Assembly: GCA_029938635.1 (NCBI GenBank)
Contig: JAOZUQ010000005.1
Span: forward strand, 1,363-65,362
Source: Candidatus Aminicenantes bacterium
GTDB taxonomy: Bacteria > Acidobacteriota > Aminicenantia > UBA2199
Length of the DNA stretch: 64,000 bases
Direction of reading: 5' to 3'
How positions within the stretch are numbered: the stretch's first letter is position 1; every line of letters starts with the position of its first letter. Made by a program: the position numbers and the translations under genes. Of the stretch, positions 37,489-47,247 are shown piece after piece. A model generated the notes under the pieces. That model made no database searches. It worked only from the letters and a program-made list of their open reading frames with translations, and had not been told where the DNA came from.

Positions 37489-39345
37489 TTAATCCTTTTC
37501 GAGGATCTCAATTTTAAGTTTAATTCCATTCAGAAAAATCTTGCATTTGGATTGATTGTGCTGGAAACTTTCATCCGGTCCGACAAACATTATTCCGTGA
37601 TTGCTGTTCGGGAAGCCCATCCATCCCTGGGCAGCAGTAGTCATATTCGATTTTGGATCAGGTATCAGGCCCATATTAACAATAAAACCATCACTAAAAG
37701 GAGCGTTAACTTTGTAAACCGACACATTGCAATCCACAGGGTAATAGGTTTTATTATACTTAAGCTTTGCGCTCAGGATAATACCTTTCCCCTTGAATTG
37801 TTTAAGATCGAAATATGCATGGGTTCTCCATATATCGCCGTAATAGGTCTTCCCGTGATTAGCCGCATAATTTGAATATCCGGTCCATCCCTGAGAACTC
37901 CCCCCGGCCGCCACACAGCCGCCTACCTGGGACTCCAAGTGAGCCAGATTACCAGCATCTACCGCCCAGGTAGATCTTTTGCAATAATTTCCGAACGAAC
38001 CGTTTATCTCATAAGTTTTTACTTTGGTTCCTATCTGGACCGTGAACATTCCACTTTTGCCTGATGCTTTGCCGTCTGTCCTGGATATTTTTATTACATA
38101 TTTTGCCGGGCCGGTACCTTTGGGAATGAACCAGTTGTATGTTGATGTATCCGGAGGTTTACCTCCCCCTTTGTAAAGCTTTACTACATTTACACCAAGG
38201 ATAGTTTTTATTGTTCTTACGAATGTATTTCCTGAATAATTATAAAGATCTATCTTTATTGTATTTTTCTTTGTAAATTTATTTTTCCATTTAATAAGGT
38301 GGGTTTTACCTTCCTTCCAGAAACTTGATGTTGACGGCTTTAATATTTCTATATTACCATGAATGGGCGTAATTACCATTTCCGGGGTGATCTGAAATTT
38401 TGGCTTGATCATGAATGGGTCCGAATCATCTGTCACCTGATCATCGCTCATGATCCTCAGGCGATATGTCCCGGTCGCATAATTTCCCGGTATCTTCCAG
38501 CTTTTTGACCCGTTGTTGGATCCGGTCAATTGCTCAAGAAAATTTGGCTGGGAAATAACTGAACCTCTATAGATGTTGATCTTAACACCTGCAGATTGCT
38601 GCCCGGTCTTGTCCCATGTTATTAAATTTGTGATCCCTTTTCTCCAGATTGTGCTGGAGTCAGGTTTTAAAATTGTGATCGACGGTTCTTCTTCCGGTAG
38701 TGCATCTTCGATAACAAGTAATCCGCTGTCACCGACACATAAGTTGTCATCGGTCTTAATCCTTATATAATAGTTCCCCGGATCAAAAGTATTCGGGATC
38801 GTCCAACTTTTTGTATTTGTACCTGAAGCTGTCAATTGAAGCTTAAAGTTCGACTGATTGATACTATCTTTAAAAATATTGATCTTATAACTGGTAACCG
38901 AACAATTTGTCGGGACCCATGTAATTGAATGTGTGGAACCTTTTTTCCAGACCGCCCCCGGCCCGGGACTGGTAACTGTAATTGAGGCTGATTGAGGTTT
39001 ATCTGCAATAATAAATAATCCACTATCTCCTACACACAGGTTGTCATCCGTTTTGACCCTTATAATATAATTTCCTGAGTCAAAGGTGCCCGGTATCGTC
39101 CAGCTTTTTGTATTTGTGCCTGAAGCAGTCAGTTGAAGCTTAAAGTTCGGCTGACTGATACTATCTTTAAAAATATTGATCTTATAACTGGTAATCGAAC
39201 AATTTGACGGAGTCCAGGTGATGTTGTGAGTGTCACCTTTGTACCAGGTAACTCCATTCCCGGGAGCTGTAACATTAATACTCTGTGACCAGATCACTCC
39301 GCTAAAAAACATAATTAGTAATAATAATATCCTGAATTTTTTCAT
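37489..39345 (-). CDS. Secreted protein with three tandem Kre9/KNH-like ~90-aa repeats plus a distinct C-terminal domain
   Basis: 618 aa with signal peptide. Repeats NVTAPGNGVTWYKGDTHNITWTPSNCSITSYKINIFKDSISQPNFKLQLTASGTNTKSWTIPGTFDSGNYIIRVKTDDNLCVGDSGLFII (x2 almost identical), then a third, more divergent copy. Confidence 0.75.
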   Translation of the reverse strand: MKKFRILLLLIMFFSGVIWSQSINVTAPGNGVTWYKGDTHNITWTPSNCSITSYKINIFKDSISQPNFKLQLTASGTNTKSWTIPGTFDSGNYIIRVKTDDNLCVGDSGLFIIADKPQSASITVTSPGPGAVWKKGSTHSITWVPTNCSVTSYKINIFKDSINQSNFKLQLTASGTNTKSWTIPNTFDPGNYYIRIKTDDNLCVGDSGLLVIEDALPEEEPSITILKPDSSTIWRKGITNLITWDKTGQQSAGVKINIYRGSVISQPNFLEQLTGSNNGSKSWKIPGNYATGTYRLRIMSDDQVTDDSDPFMIKPKFQITPEMVITPIHGNIEILKPSTSSFWKEGKTHLIKWKNKFTKKNTIKIDLYNYSGNTFVRTIKTILGVNVVKLYKGGGKPPDTSTYNWFIPKGTGPAKYVIKISRTDGKASGKSGMFTVQIGTKVKTYEINGSFGNYCKRSTWAVDAGNLAHLESQVGGCVAAGGSSQGWTGYSNYAANHGKTYYGDIWRTHAYFDLKQFKGKGIILSAKLKYNKTYYPVDCNVSVYKVNAPFSDGFIVNMGLIPDPKSNMTTAAQGWMGFPNSNHGIMFVGPDESFQHNQSKCKIFLNGIKLKIEILEKD

Positions 39346-39419
39346 GTAATTCTCCTATTTATATAGATAAAACTTTTAGTATTAATATCTCAAAAATAAT
39401 TTATCATGTAACTAATTCT

Positions 39420-39453
39420 GAGATAAGAGAAGGCGGGGCATTGAGCCCCGCCC
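39420..39453 (-). terminator. Rho-independent terminator of 39498..40634
   Basis: GGCGGGGC-attga-GCCCCGCC hairpin, same family as the hairpin at 36290-36312. Confidence 0.6.
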
Positions 39454-39497
39454 TGTACTTTATGATTCAACAACCAAATGCATCAAAAATATATATA

Positions 39498-40634
39498 TTA
39501 TTTATAATGAGTGCCGAGGGGTCCTTCGACAATTATTTTAATCCTGTACCGGACATTGTCATTAGGTGTTACTTTCCAGTGAACAATAGCACTCCAGTTC
39601 GGTTGACCAGCTGGAAATGAAGGGGTAGGACCTGACAACACTTCATCCCCTGAACTCTTAGACCACTCAACTTTCTGCATACTTTTCAGGACCCAACCGT
39701 TTTTAAGACTAATTGAGTAGACATCATCTCCCACATCATCACCTATGGCTCCCCATACGTTTGAATGATAACCACAAATCGCATAAGCTGTAGCACATCC
39801 CACAGTAAATTCCTCTCCTGGCCAGATATCACCACTTCCAGATGAAACACCATTACAAACATTACTGTTACCATCATTTCCGCAACTGACACCTACTGCA
39901 TCAGCAGTAAGCACTTTTTCTTCTCTCCCCTTGAACTGGGGATTACCGAATGGATCGCTTTTAAAAGTAAACTTAGATACAACAACCACACTGACAATCT
40001 GGTTCGGCTGACCGTTGGCAGACTGAGGAATAAATCCATTTGCCTTTGAATTAATTTCCCATGTGACATTTTCAAGCTCAATATGCCCCCCCGGGAAATT
40101 ACCCTTAATAAGGATCCTTCCTTTCTGGGGTCCGAAATTTTTTCCCCTGACAAACAACTGAGTCCCAGGTTGTAACGCACCCAGTGGAATCGGCAATATA
40201 GATTCAACAACAGGCTTAAACATCCCCGGTTTGGGTTTGAACTGCGGTTTCTTCTTGAACTTCTTAATCACATCAGGATTGATATAGAATTTGTTTTTTA
40301 TCTCAAACAGTTTGCTATCCCCTAGACATGTATTCTCAGCCTTAACCCTGATCACATACATCCCTACTTCAAAATCTGCAGGGATTTTCCAGTTCTTTTG
40401 GGTCACTCCGGAAGCAGTAAGCTGAAGTTTGAAATTTGCCTGAAGGACACTCCCCTTGAAAATATTGATCTTATAATCAGTTTCCTGACATCCGTTTGGC
40501 GTCCATTTGATTAAATAAGTATTTCCCTTGAACCAGTCAACACTCCCATCCGGTTTGTTGACAGTAATGGATCCAGGAAAGATCAAGCCTGTACAAATCA
40601 AAATAGTAATAAATAAAACTGATAATTTTCTCAT
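39498..40634 (-). CDS. Secreted Kre9/KNH-like domain protein, paralog of 36354..37445
   Basis: 378 aa with signal peptide. N-terminal ~220 aa nearly identical to 36354..37445. C-terminal Cys/Gly-rich region diverges. Confidence 0.75.
   Translation of the reverse strand: MRKLSVLFITILICTGLIFPGSITVNKPDGSVDWFKGNTYLIKWTPNGCQETDYKINIFKGSVLQANFKLQLTASGVTQKNWKIPADFEVGMYVIRVKAENTCLGDSKLFEIKNKFYINPDVIKKFKKKPQFKPKPGMFKPVVESILPIPLGALQPGTQLFVRGKNFGPQKGRILIKGNFPGGHIELENVTWEINSKANGFIPQSANGQPNQIVSVVVVSKFTFKSDPFGNPQFKGREEKVLTADAVGVSCGNDGNSNVCNGVSSGSGDIWPGEEFTVGCATAYAICGYHSNVWGAIGDDVGDDVYSISLKNGWVLKSMQKVEWSKSSGDEVLSGPTPSFPAGQPNWSAIVHWKVTPNDNVRYRIKIIVEGPLGTHYK
39916..40569 (-). repeat. Second copy of the ~650-bp near-identical block (partner of 36725..37382)
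   Basis: See 36725..37382. Confidence 0.85.
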
Positions 40635-40794
40635 ACTCGTCTCCTTACTTATATATAAAACCGGGGGAATAGAAATCTCAAATAAAAATCGCTGCTAATA
40701 AATTAACCTAATAATTGATATGACACAGCTATGGCATATTTTATTGTAAATCAGTGGAAAAACCGGGAAAACAAATTTGGAAGAAAAAGAAAAA

Positions 40795-40827
40795 TATAAA
40801 AAAAAAGGCAGGGATTAACCTGCCTCT
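40795..40827 (-). terminator. Rho-independent terminator of the thioredoxin gene
   Basis: GGCAGG-ttaat-CCCTGCC hairpin followed by U8 on the minus-strand transcript. Confidence 0.75.
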
Positions 40828-40845
40828 AGTATTTGAATACTTGGT

Positions 40846-41202
40846 TTATGCTTCTACTTTCAGTACTGTTTTGATAGCTTCTTCAAAACTTTCCTTTGGA
40901 AGAGCGCCCATTGACATTTGAGGTTTGTCGTCCTTCGGAATGAATAATATTGATGGGATACTTGTGATCTGAAATATCCCTGCAAGTTCGCCCTGGGCCT
41001 CAGTATCAACTTTAAATATATTGATCTTACCGTCAAACTCCTTGGAAAGCTTCTCCAGAACAGGAGCAACCATCTTGCAGGGCTGACACCAGTCTGCATA
41101 AAAATCAATTATTGCAGGAAGTTCCCCTTTGAATTTCCATTCCTTCTCATTTTCAAAATCAAATATTTTTTCAACGAATGTTTCTTTTGTTAAATGTTCC
41201 AT
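40846..41202 (-). CDS. Thioredoxin-family protein (active site WCQPC)
   Basis: 118 aa. ...FYADWCQPCKMVAPVLE... thioredoxin fold with CxxC. Q replaces the usual G of WCGPC. Confidence 0.85.
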   Translation of the reverse strand: MEHLTKETFVEKIFDFENEKEWKFKGELPAIIDFYADWCQPCKMVAPVLEKLSKEFDGKINIFKVDTEAQGELAGIFQITSIPSILFIPKDDKPQMSMGALPKESFEEAIKTVLKVEA

Positions 41203-41281
41203 CTTACATATCTCCTAAGTGTTTTTGTTAATATTTAATTATACCACTTTTTGCCTTTCGGGTCAATGCTGCAATCGACCT

Positions 41282-42391
41282 CTAGTAATTCTCCAGACGT
41301 GTCAATGTGGTGCTCAATTCAAGTACTTCCACCGGGCAATCCTTCCATCCACTTTCCCAGCATACAAGTAGTTCGCAGTTCTTCGTAAGCCTTTCGTTTT
41401 TTTTCAGATCGAGACTGTTTAGCGCAAATCCAAGGTTAACAGCTTCCCATTTTTCCTCTTCAGACGACTTGTTTCTTTTCCCTGAGAAACAATACCGGTC
41501 TAACCCGAAAGACTCAACTATAAAGTTCAACTCTTCACAAACCACTCCGAATATAAATATCACTCCCCGTGTATCGATCGGAGCAAATTTAATTCCTCTG
41601 AAATTCAGTGGGTTACCCTTTTCTTTTTCAGATTTTGTAATTGCAGGCTTAATAGTTTCAGGAATTATTTTTTTCTTCTTCTTTTTCTGAACATCCATAG
41701 CCATCAGGTTCTCGATCCCACCACCATCATCCGGAACATAATCAAAACTGGGCTCCGACTCTTCTTTACTCTTCCTGCTCTTCTCCTTATTTTCGATCTC
41801 ATCAATTGTAAGGATATTATCACTTCCGAAATTATCGCTGAATTTATCCGATTCGGATTTTTCAATGCCCATTTCATTTTTTTTAATGGAAACAAGTGTC
41901 TCCTCAAAATTTATCTTTGACTTCTTTTTGCTATCCTTTTTTTTGGTAACCATAATCGTTTTATCAGGAGAAACAATCTCGATAGGCCCTTCATCCATCA
42001 CAATGGTTTTATCAGGAGATGGCGCCGATTTCCGGTCATACTTGGATTTAGCAAGATTAAGTGCATCAGTAAGAGTTCTCCACCTCTGCTCATAATCTTC
42101 TTTTGAATATCTTCCGTTCTTTTCTATTAATGCATATGTAGGAGTTTCTCCGAACTCCTTCTCAATCCTGAGCAGGTCTTTAAGCAGGTCCTTATCTTTG
42201 ACCTCTTCAACAAAAGTCCCGTCTTCAAGTCCTGCTTCCCTCAGGGCATCATGCCATGAGCTGATATAGAAATTTATTGTACTAACAGGGATCATTGTAT
42301 TCTTTATGAAGTCTTTTTTCTTAAGGCTACTGGTTTTAAGGTTGGATGCCACCCTTTTTATCTCTTCTATGATCTGATTTTTATCATACAT
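41282..42391 (-). CDS. Hypothetical protein: two globular domains joined by a Lys/Glu/Ser-rich low-complexity linker
   Basis: 369 aa. Long KK/EE/SD-rich central region. C-terminal ~110 aa carries conserved Cys/Trp (..LLVCWESGWKDCP..). 2-nt spacing to the upstream purA. Confidence 0.55.
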   Translation of the reverse strand: MYDKNQIIEEIKRVASNLKTSSLKKKDFIKNTMIPVSTINFYISSWHDALREAGLEDGTFVEEVKDKDLLKDLLRIEKEFGETPTYALIEKNGRYSKEDYEQRWRTLTDALNLAKSKYDRKSAPSPDKTIVMDEGPIEIVSPDKTIMVTKKKDSKKKSKINFEETLVSIKKNEMGIEKSESDKFSDNFGSDNILTIDEIENKEKSRKSKEESEPSFDYVPDDGGGIENLMAMDVQKKKKKKIIPETIKPAITKSEKEKGNPLNFRGIKFAPIDTRGVIFIFGVVCEELNFIVESFGLDRYCFSGKRNKSSEEEKWEAVNLGFALNSLDLKKNERLTKNCELLVCWESGWKDCPVEVLELSTTLTRLENY

Positions 42392-42392
42392 A

Positions 42393-43664
42393 TCATTCCT
42401 TGCAGTTTTTTATGGTCTGCTCACTGCTAACCCCAACAGAAACCGCCCTGACAGGAATTTCTGAAAATTCTTCTATAAATCTGATATATTCTTTAGCTTC
42501 TTCAGGAAGGTCTTTATAAACCTTAATTCCGGATGTATCCGATCTCCATCCTCTGAACTTTTTTAAAACCGGAGTTACATTGTCAAGATAGATGTGGTCC
42601 GGTTCAAAGATTGTACTTATATCACCATCAGTTTGATATCCGGTCACCATTTCGATCTCTTCAAGTTCATCAAGAACATCAAGTTTTGTTAAGAAAATGT
42701 CATCAACTCCATTCACCATCACAGCATACTTCAAGGCGACAAGGTCCAGCCATCCTACCCTTCTCGGCCTTCCTGTGGTTGACCCGTATTCATTCCCTTG
42801 TTTCCGGAGATATTCACCGGTATCTCCTTTCAGTTCTGAGGGGAATGGGCCGCCACCGACCCTTGTAGTATAAGCTTTTGATATTCCGGTGATCGTGTCA
42901 AGGCTTTTATGTGGGAGCCCTGTCCCTGTAAACATCCCGCCTACAGTTGGATTTGAAGAAGTGACAAAAGGAAAAGTACCAAAGTTTATGTCCAGAAGGA
43001 CTCCCTGAGCGCCTTCGAACAATATCTTCTTCCCCTGCTTCAGAAAACCATTCAATAAATAAATAGAATTTTTTGTGAATTCTTTTAGAAATTTTCCATA
43101 TTCGATATATTCGTCAATATAAGATTCCAGTTCGATCTCTTTACCGTTAAAAGTTCTGATAAGTTTGTTGTAATATTCATTAAGAGGCTTGATCTTATTG
43201 TAAAATCTATCCTTATCAAAGAGATCTCCGGTAAAAACGGCCCTCCTTCCTGTCAGGTCCTCATAAGCAGGCCCTATTCCTCTCCTGGTTGTTCCGATCT
43301 CAATATAACGGGAATTTTCAAATACCACATCTAATTGCTGATGTTCAGGAAGTATCAGAGGTGCTGTGGAACTGAGCACAAGATTATTACAATTAACTCC
43401 GAATTTTTCAACTCCTTTGATCTCTTCAGTTAGCTTGACAGGATTGACAACAACTCCGTTCCCGATGACCGAGACAGTAGAAGGTGAGAATATACCTGAA
43501 GGAAGCAGGTGAAGAATAATCTTTTCACCTTTATGGTAAATAGTATGGCCTGCATTGTGCCCGCCCTGATATCTTACTACGACCTCATATTCAGGAGCAA
43601 GATAATTAATAGCTTTTCCTTTCCCTTCATCTCCCCACTGAAGCCCGATCACAGCTAAGTTCAT
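42393..43664 (-). CDS. purA: Adenylosuccinate synthetase
   Basis: 423 aa. N-terminal GLQWGDEGKGK P-loop, ...GGHNAGHT..., typical PurA length. Confidence 0.95.
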   Translation of the reverse strand: MNLAVIGLQWGDEGKGKAINYLAPEYEVVVRYQGGHNAGHTIYHKGEKIILHLLPSGIFSPSTVSVIGNGVVVNPVKLTEEIKGVEKFGVNCNNLVLSSTAPLILPEHQQLDVVFENSRYIEIGTTRRGIGPAYEDLTGRRAVFTGDLFDKDRFYNKIKPLNEYYNKLIRTFNGKEIELESYIDEYIEYGKFLKEFTKNSIYLLNGFLKQGKKILFEGAQGVLLDINFGTFPFVTSSNPTVGGMFTGTGLPHKSLDTITGISKAYTTRVGGGPFPSELKGDTGEYLRKQGNEYGSTTGRPRRVGWLDLVALKYAVMVNGVDDIFLTKLDVLDELEEIEMVTGYQTDGDISTIFEPDHIYLDNVTPVLKKFRGWRSDTSGIKVYKDLPEEAKEYIRFIEEFSEIPVRAVSVGVSSEQTIKNCKE

Positions 43665-43732
43665 ATAAAATTCCCCCGGTTTGTACTCGGTACAACCTGA
43701 CTAATTTTATCAGAGAAAAAGAGACAAATCAA

Positions 43733-44494
43733 TCAGAACCTCAGTGACATACATGTAAGGCCTCCATCCATCTTCCTCACTTCACTTACATTCAGGGTTA
43801 TTACCGGCTTATCAAGAGCGGCAAGCTGCTTGTGAGTATCGGGGAAACCTGCAGGAGTTATAAATGTTCCGTTTATCAGGAGTGTGTTTGCCGCATACTC
43901 TTCACCTTCTTTGATTATAAGCCTTTCGAAATCTGAAAACCCGGGAATATCTCTGAATACATATGTCATCAACATTTTCCCGTCTCCAAGATAATTCACC
44001 CCTGACTTAAGATGCAGTCCGTCACCTACACTAACTATATCAACAATATATCCGAATCTTTTCAGAATATCTGAAAGCTGATCTGCACCTTCTCTGTTCG
44101 TCCTTTCAGAGAGCCCAATAAAAAAATGGTTGTTTGCCTGCAGCACATCTCCTCCGTCAAGTACTCCCGGAGGTTTTATTCTCAGAGTATCTCTGAATCT
44201 CATCAGGATGAACTCAATTCCATCTTCTTCACCTTTTCTTGATTGTGCTCCGGGATTCGTTATAATTCCAATCTCAGGTATTATAACAGCTGTATCCTCT
44301 ACAAAATAAGCATCGGGATAACCAGGGAGAGGATCAAGTACAATAACATCAAGGCCGAGTTGTTTAAGAATATTTGTATATTCATTATGCTGAGACAAGA
44401 TCATATTGAAATCAGGATTTCCGAGTTCAGAGGTTGTTTCCCCACTACCGAAGTCTTCTCCCGGCATCCTTAGAATTGCAGTTTTAAAGCTCAT
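43733..44494 (-). CDS. Dimethylarginine dimethylaminohydrolase (DDAH)/amidinotransferase-family protein
   Basis: 253 aa. N-terminal ...AILRMPGEDF..., ...YFVEDTAVII..., C-terminal catalytic Cys context (GGLTCMSLRF) typical of the pentein fold. Confidence 0.75.
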   Translation of the reverse strand: MSFKTAILRMPGEDFGSGETTSELGNPDFNMILSQHNEYTNILKQLGLDVIVLDPLPGYPDAYFVEDTAVIIPEIGIITNPGAQSRKGEEDGIEFILMRFRDTLRIKPPGVLDGGDVLQANNHFFIGLSERTNREGADQLSDILKRFGYIVDIVSVGDGLHLKSGVNYLGDGKMLMTYVFRDIPGFSDFERLIIKEGEEYAANTLLINGTFITPAGFPDTHKQLAALDKPVITLNVSEVRKMDGGLTCMSLRF

Positions 44495-44594
44495 AAGCTC
44501 TCCTGAGAATTAATATTTAAACGTAGGAAAAAATAAAAATTTTTGCAATGATACAGCTGCCCGGAGGCAGCTGTAATATCGACAAAAAATAAAA

Positions 44595-46745
44595 TTACTT
44601 CTTAAGTCCTCTTTTTTTGAGAAGGGCATCTATCTTAGGTTCAGCTCCTCTGAACTTTTTGTAAAGTACCATCGGTTCTTCGGAACCACCTCTCGCAAGG
44701 ACATTATCCCTGAAAGCTTTAGCAGTTTTCTGATCAAAAAGTCCATTCTCCTTGAAAGCCTCAAATGCATCTGAATCGAGTACTTCCGCCCAGATATAAG
44801 CATAATAACCGGAATCATATCCACCTATTATATGAGCGAAATATGTGCTTCTGTATCTTGGAATAATCTCAGGGATCAGGCCTATTTTATTAAGATAATC
44901 TTTTTCAAATTTGTTTGTATCCCTTAGCTTCTCATCCTTCAATGTGTGCCAGTTCAGATCAAGATAACAGGCAGCAAGATATTCGAGTGTAACAAATCCC
45001 TGATTAAAAAGTTTGCTTGCATTTAACTTGTCAAGAAATTCCTGAGGGATCGGTTCCCCGGTTTTATAATGTTTTGCATAAACTTTCAGAACTTCAGGAT
45101 GAAGAGCCCAATGCTCCATGATCTGTGACGGGAGTTCAACAAAATCCCATGCAACATTTGTACCGGAAATCGACTCATATTTAACTGTTGAAAGAAGATT
45201 GTGAAGAGCATGCCCGAATTCATGAAAAAGTGTTGAAGCATCATCAGGGCTCAGAAGCGCCGGTTTGTCTCCAACCGGCTTTGAAGCATTAAGCACCATA
45301 TATACTACGGGAGTTATTTCCTTCCCGTTCTTATAATGGTAATCACGTACACTGCCGCACCAGGCACCACCCCTTTTGCTCTCTCTGGGGAAAAAGTCCA
45401 TATAGAGGATCCCGATATGGCTTCCATCCGATTCCAACACTTCAAAAGTAGTTACATCCTTATGATAGAGGGGGATATCCTTTCTCTCTACAAATTTTAT
45501 TCCATAGAGTTTATTTGCAACATAAAAAGCTCCTTCCCTTACATTCTCAAGTTTAAAATAAGGGCGGAGAACACCTTCATCAAAATCAAATTTTTCTTTT
45601 CTCAGTTTTTCCGTATAATACCACCAGTCCCAGGATGCAAGTTTAAATTTGCCACCCTCCTTGTCAATGATTTTCTGAAGTTCAGCTGCTTCACTTTTTG
45701 CATTTTTCAATGCGGGAACCCAAATTTGATCCAGAAGCTTATAAACATTCCCCGGGTTTTTTGCCATATTACGTTCAAGCCTGAAATCAGCGTGAGTATC
45801 AAAACCCATGATATTCGCCCTCTTTACCCTGAGCGATGCGATTTTTGCTACGATCTTTTTATTGTCGTTCTTATTGTTGTTATCACCACGGAAAATATAA
45901 CCTTTGTATAATTTTTCCCTCAGATCCCGTTTTTTTGAATACTTCAGGAATGGGGTCCAGCTCGGCCTCTGAGGAGTGAAAATCCATTCCCCTTTTTCTC
46001 CCATTGCCTCAGCCGTTTCTGCAGCTCCGTCAATAACAGATTGAGGAAGTCCTTCAAGATCCTCTTTCTTATCAATTACCATCTTAAATCCGTTAGTTTC
46101 AGCAAGAAGATTCTTTCCGAATTGCAGGCCTAATATGGATAATTCCTGATTGATCTTCCTTAGTTTTGTCTTATCCTCTTCATTCAGGTTCGCGCCGCCT
46201 CTGACAAACCCCTTATAATACTCCTCAACCACTTTCTTCTGTTCGAGATTGAGATTAAATTTGTCAACATTATCAAAAACACTTTTTACCTTTTTGAACA
46301 ATTTTGCACTCAAATTGATATCATCTCTATGCTTGGAGAGAAGAGGGGACATCTGTTTTGCAATATCTTGCATATGTTTGTTCGTCAAACTGCTGTAGAG
46401 GCTGAAGAAAACTCCGGAAACTTTAGATAAAAGTTCTCCGCTATACTCGAGAGCTTCGATCGTATTAACAAAATTCGGCTCTTTTTTACAGTCAATAATA
46501 GCCTGAATTTCTTTTTTGTGATCTTCCATCCCCTTTTTAAAAGCCGGAACATAATGGTCCTCTTTTATAAGATTAAAAGGCGGTACCTCAAACGGCGTAT
46601 CATACTTCTTAAAAAAAGGATTATCACACATCTTTTTCTCCTCCACCTTATCACCTGCCATAACAATTCCGCTGAGCAAAATAAACGTAATTATAAATAC
46701 CGGCAGTGAACCTAAAATTGATTTTTTCATATTTAATATTTTCAT
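44595..46745 (-). CDS. dcp: Secreted M3-family zinc metallopeptidase (peptidyl-dipeptidase Dcp/oligopeptidase-like)
   Basis: 716 aa. Signal/TM N-terminus. HEFGH zincin motif (LFHEFGHALHNLLS) and downstream Glu ligand region. Confidence 0.85.
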   Translation of the reverse strand: MKILNMKKSILGSLPVFIITFILLSGIVMAGDKVEEKKMCDNPFFKKYDTPFEVPPFNLIKEDHYVPAFKKGMEDHKKEIQAIIDCKKEPNFVNTIEALEYSGELLSKVSGVFFSLYSSLTNKHMQDIAKQMSPLLSKHRDDINLSAKLFKKVKSVFDNVDKFNLNLEQKKVVEEYYKGFVRGGANLNEEDKTKLRKINQELSILGLQFGKNLLAETNGFKMVIDKKEDLEGLPQSVIDGAAETAEAMGEKGEWIFTPQRPSWTPFLKYSKKRDLREKLYKGYIFRGDNNNKNDNKKIVAKIASLRVKRANIMGFDTHADFRLERNMAKNPGNVYKLLDQIWVPALKNAKSEAAELQKIIDKEGGKFKLASWDWWYYTEKLRKEKFDFDEGVLRPYFKLENVREGAFYVANKLYGIKFVERKDIPLYHKDVTTFEVLESDGSHIGILYMDFFPRESKRGGAWCGSVRDYHYKNGKEITPVVYMVLNASKPVGDKPALLSPDDASTLFHEFGHALHNLLSTVKYESISGTNVAWDFVELPSQIMEHWALHPEVLKVYAKHYKTGEPIPQEFLDKLNASKLFNQGFVTLEYLAACYLDLNWHTLKDEKLRDTNKFEKDYLNKIGLIPEIIPRYRSTYFAHIIGGYDSGYYAYIWAEVLDSDAFEAFKENGLFDQKTAKAFRDNVLARGGSEEPMVLYKKFRGAEPKIDALLKKRGLKK

Positions 46746-46866
46746 ATGGTTTTTACGAAATACAAATAATTATAGTTTTGTATTTCACCTCCTTTATTCT
46801 ATGATTATATAACGAAATCCTGAATTTTCAAATTACAAAAACAGGGTAGGATCAAGCGGATCTTAT

Positions 46867-47247
46867 TTACACCCTTCCTTCGGTAAGTTTCCTTATCATT
46901 CCGGTAAATTCTGATATATTTTTAATAGGCTTTTTGAACACAAGTTCGTCGGAAATCCCCAATTCTGCCAGAGACTCAGGGAGCGAATAGCCCATAGATC
47001 CGGTATGAATTATGAACTTCATTTCAGGCAGCAGTTTATTCAGTTTCGATATCAGCACATTTCCGTCTATACCGGGCAATCTCATATCAATAATACCAAT
47101 ATCCACTTTTTGATCAACAATCCTCTCAAGTGCTTCTTCACCGCTGTTAGCAGAAATAACTGTATATCCTTCATCTTCAAGATAAGCTTCAAGAGTAATA
47201 CGTACGATTTCTTCATCATCAACAAGCAATATTTTCACTGAAGACAT
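46867..47247 (-). CDS. Single-domain response regulator (CheY-like receiver, no output domain)
   Basis: 126 aa. ILLVDDEE...D (phospho-acceptor region IGIIDMRLPGIDG)...K. No DNA-binding domain. Stop/start overlap with the upstream kinase. Confidence 0.85.
   Translation of the reverse strand: MSSVKILLVDDEEIVRITLEAYLEDEGYTVISANSGEEALERIVDQKVDIGIIDMRLPGIDGNVLISKLNKLLPEMKFIIHTGSMGYSLPESLAELGISDELVFKKPIKNISEFTGMIRKLTEGRV

Noticed and set aside
46746-46866. Perfect 9-bp inverted repeat GAAATACAA-N11-TTGTATTTC between the response-regulator and peptidase genes
   Set aside because: It is an AT-only stem with no trailing U-run on the minus-strand transcript. It could be a weak terminator or operator, but the evidence is insufficient to call it.
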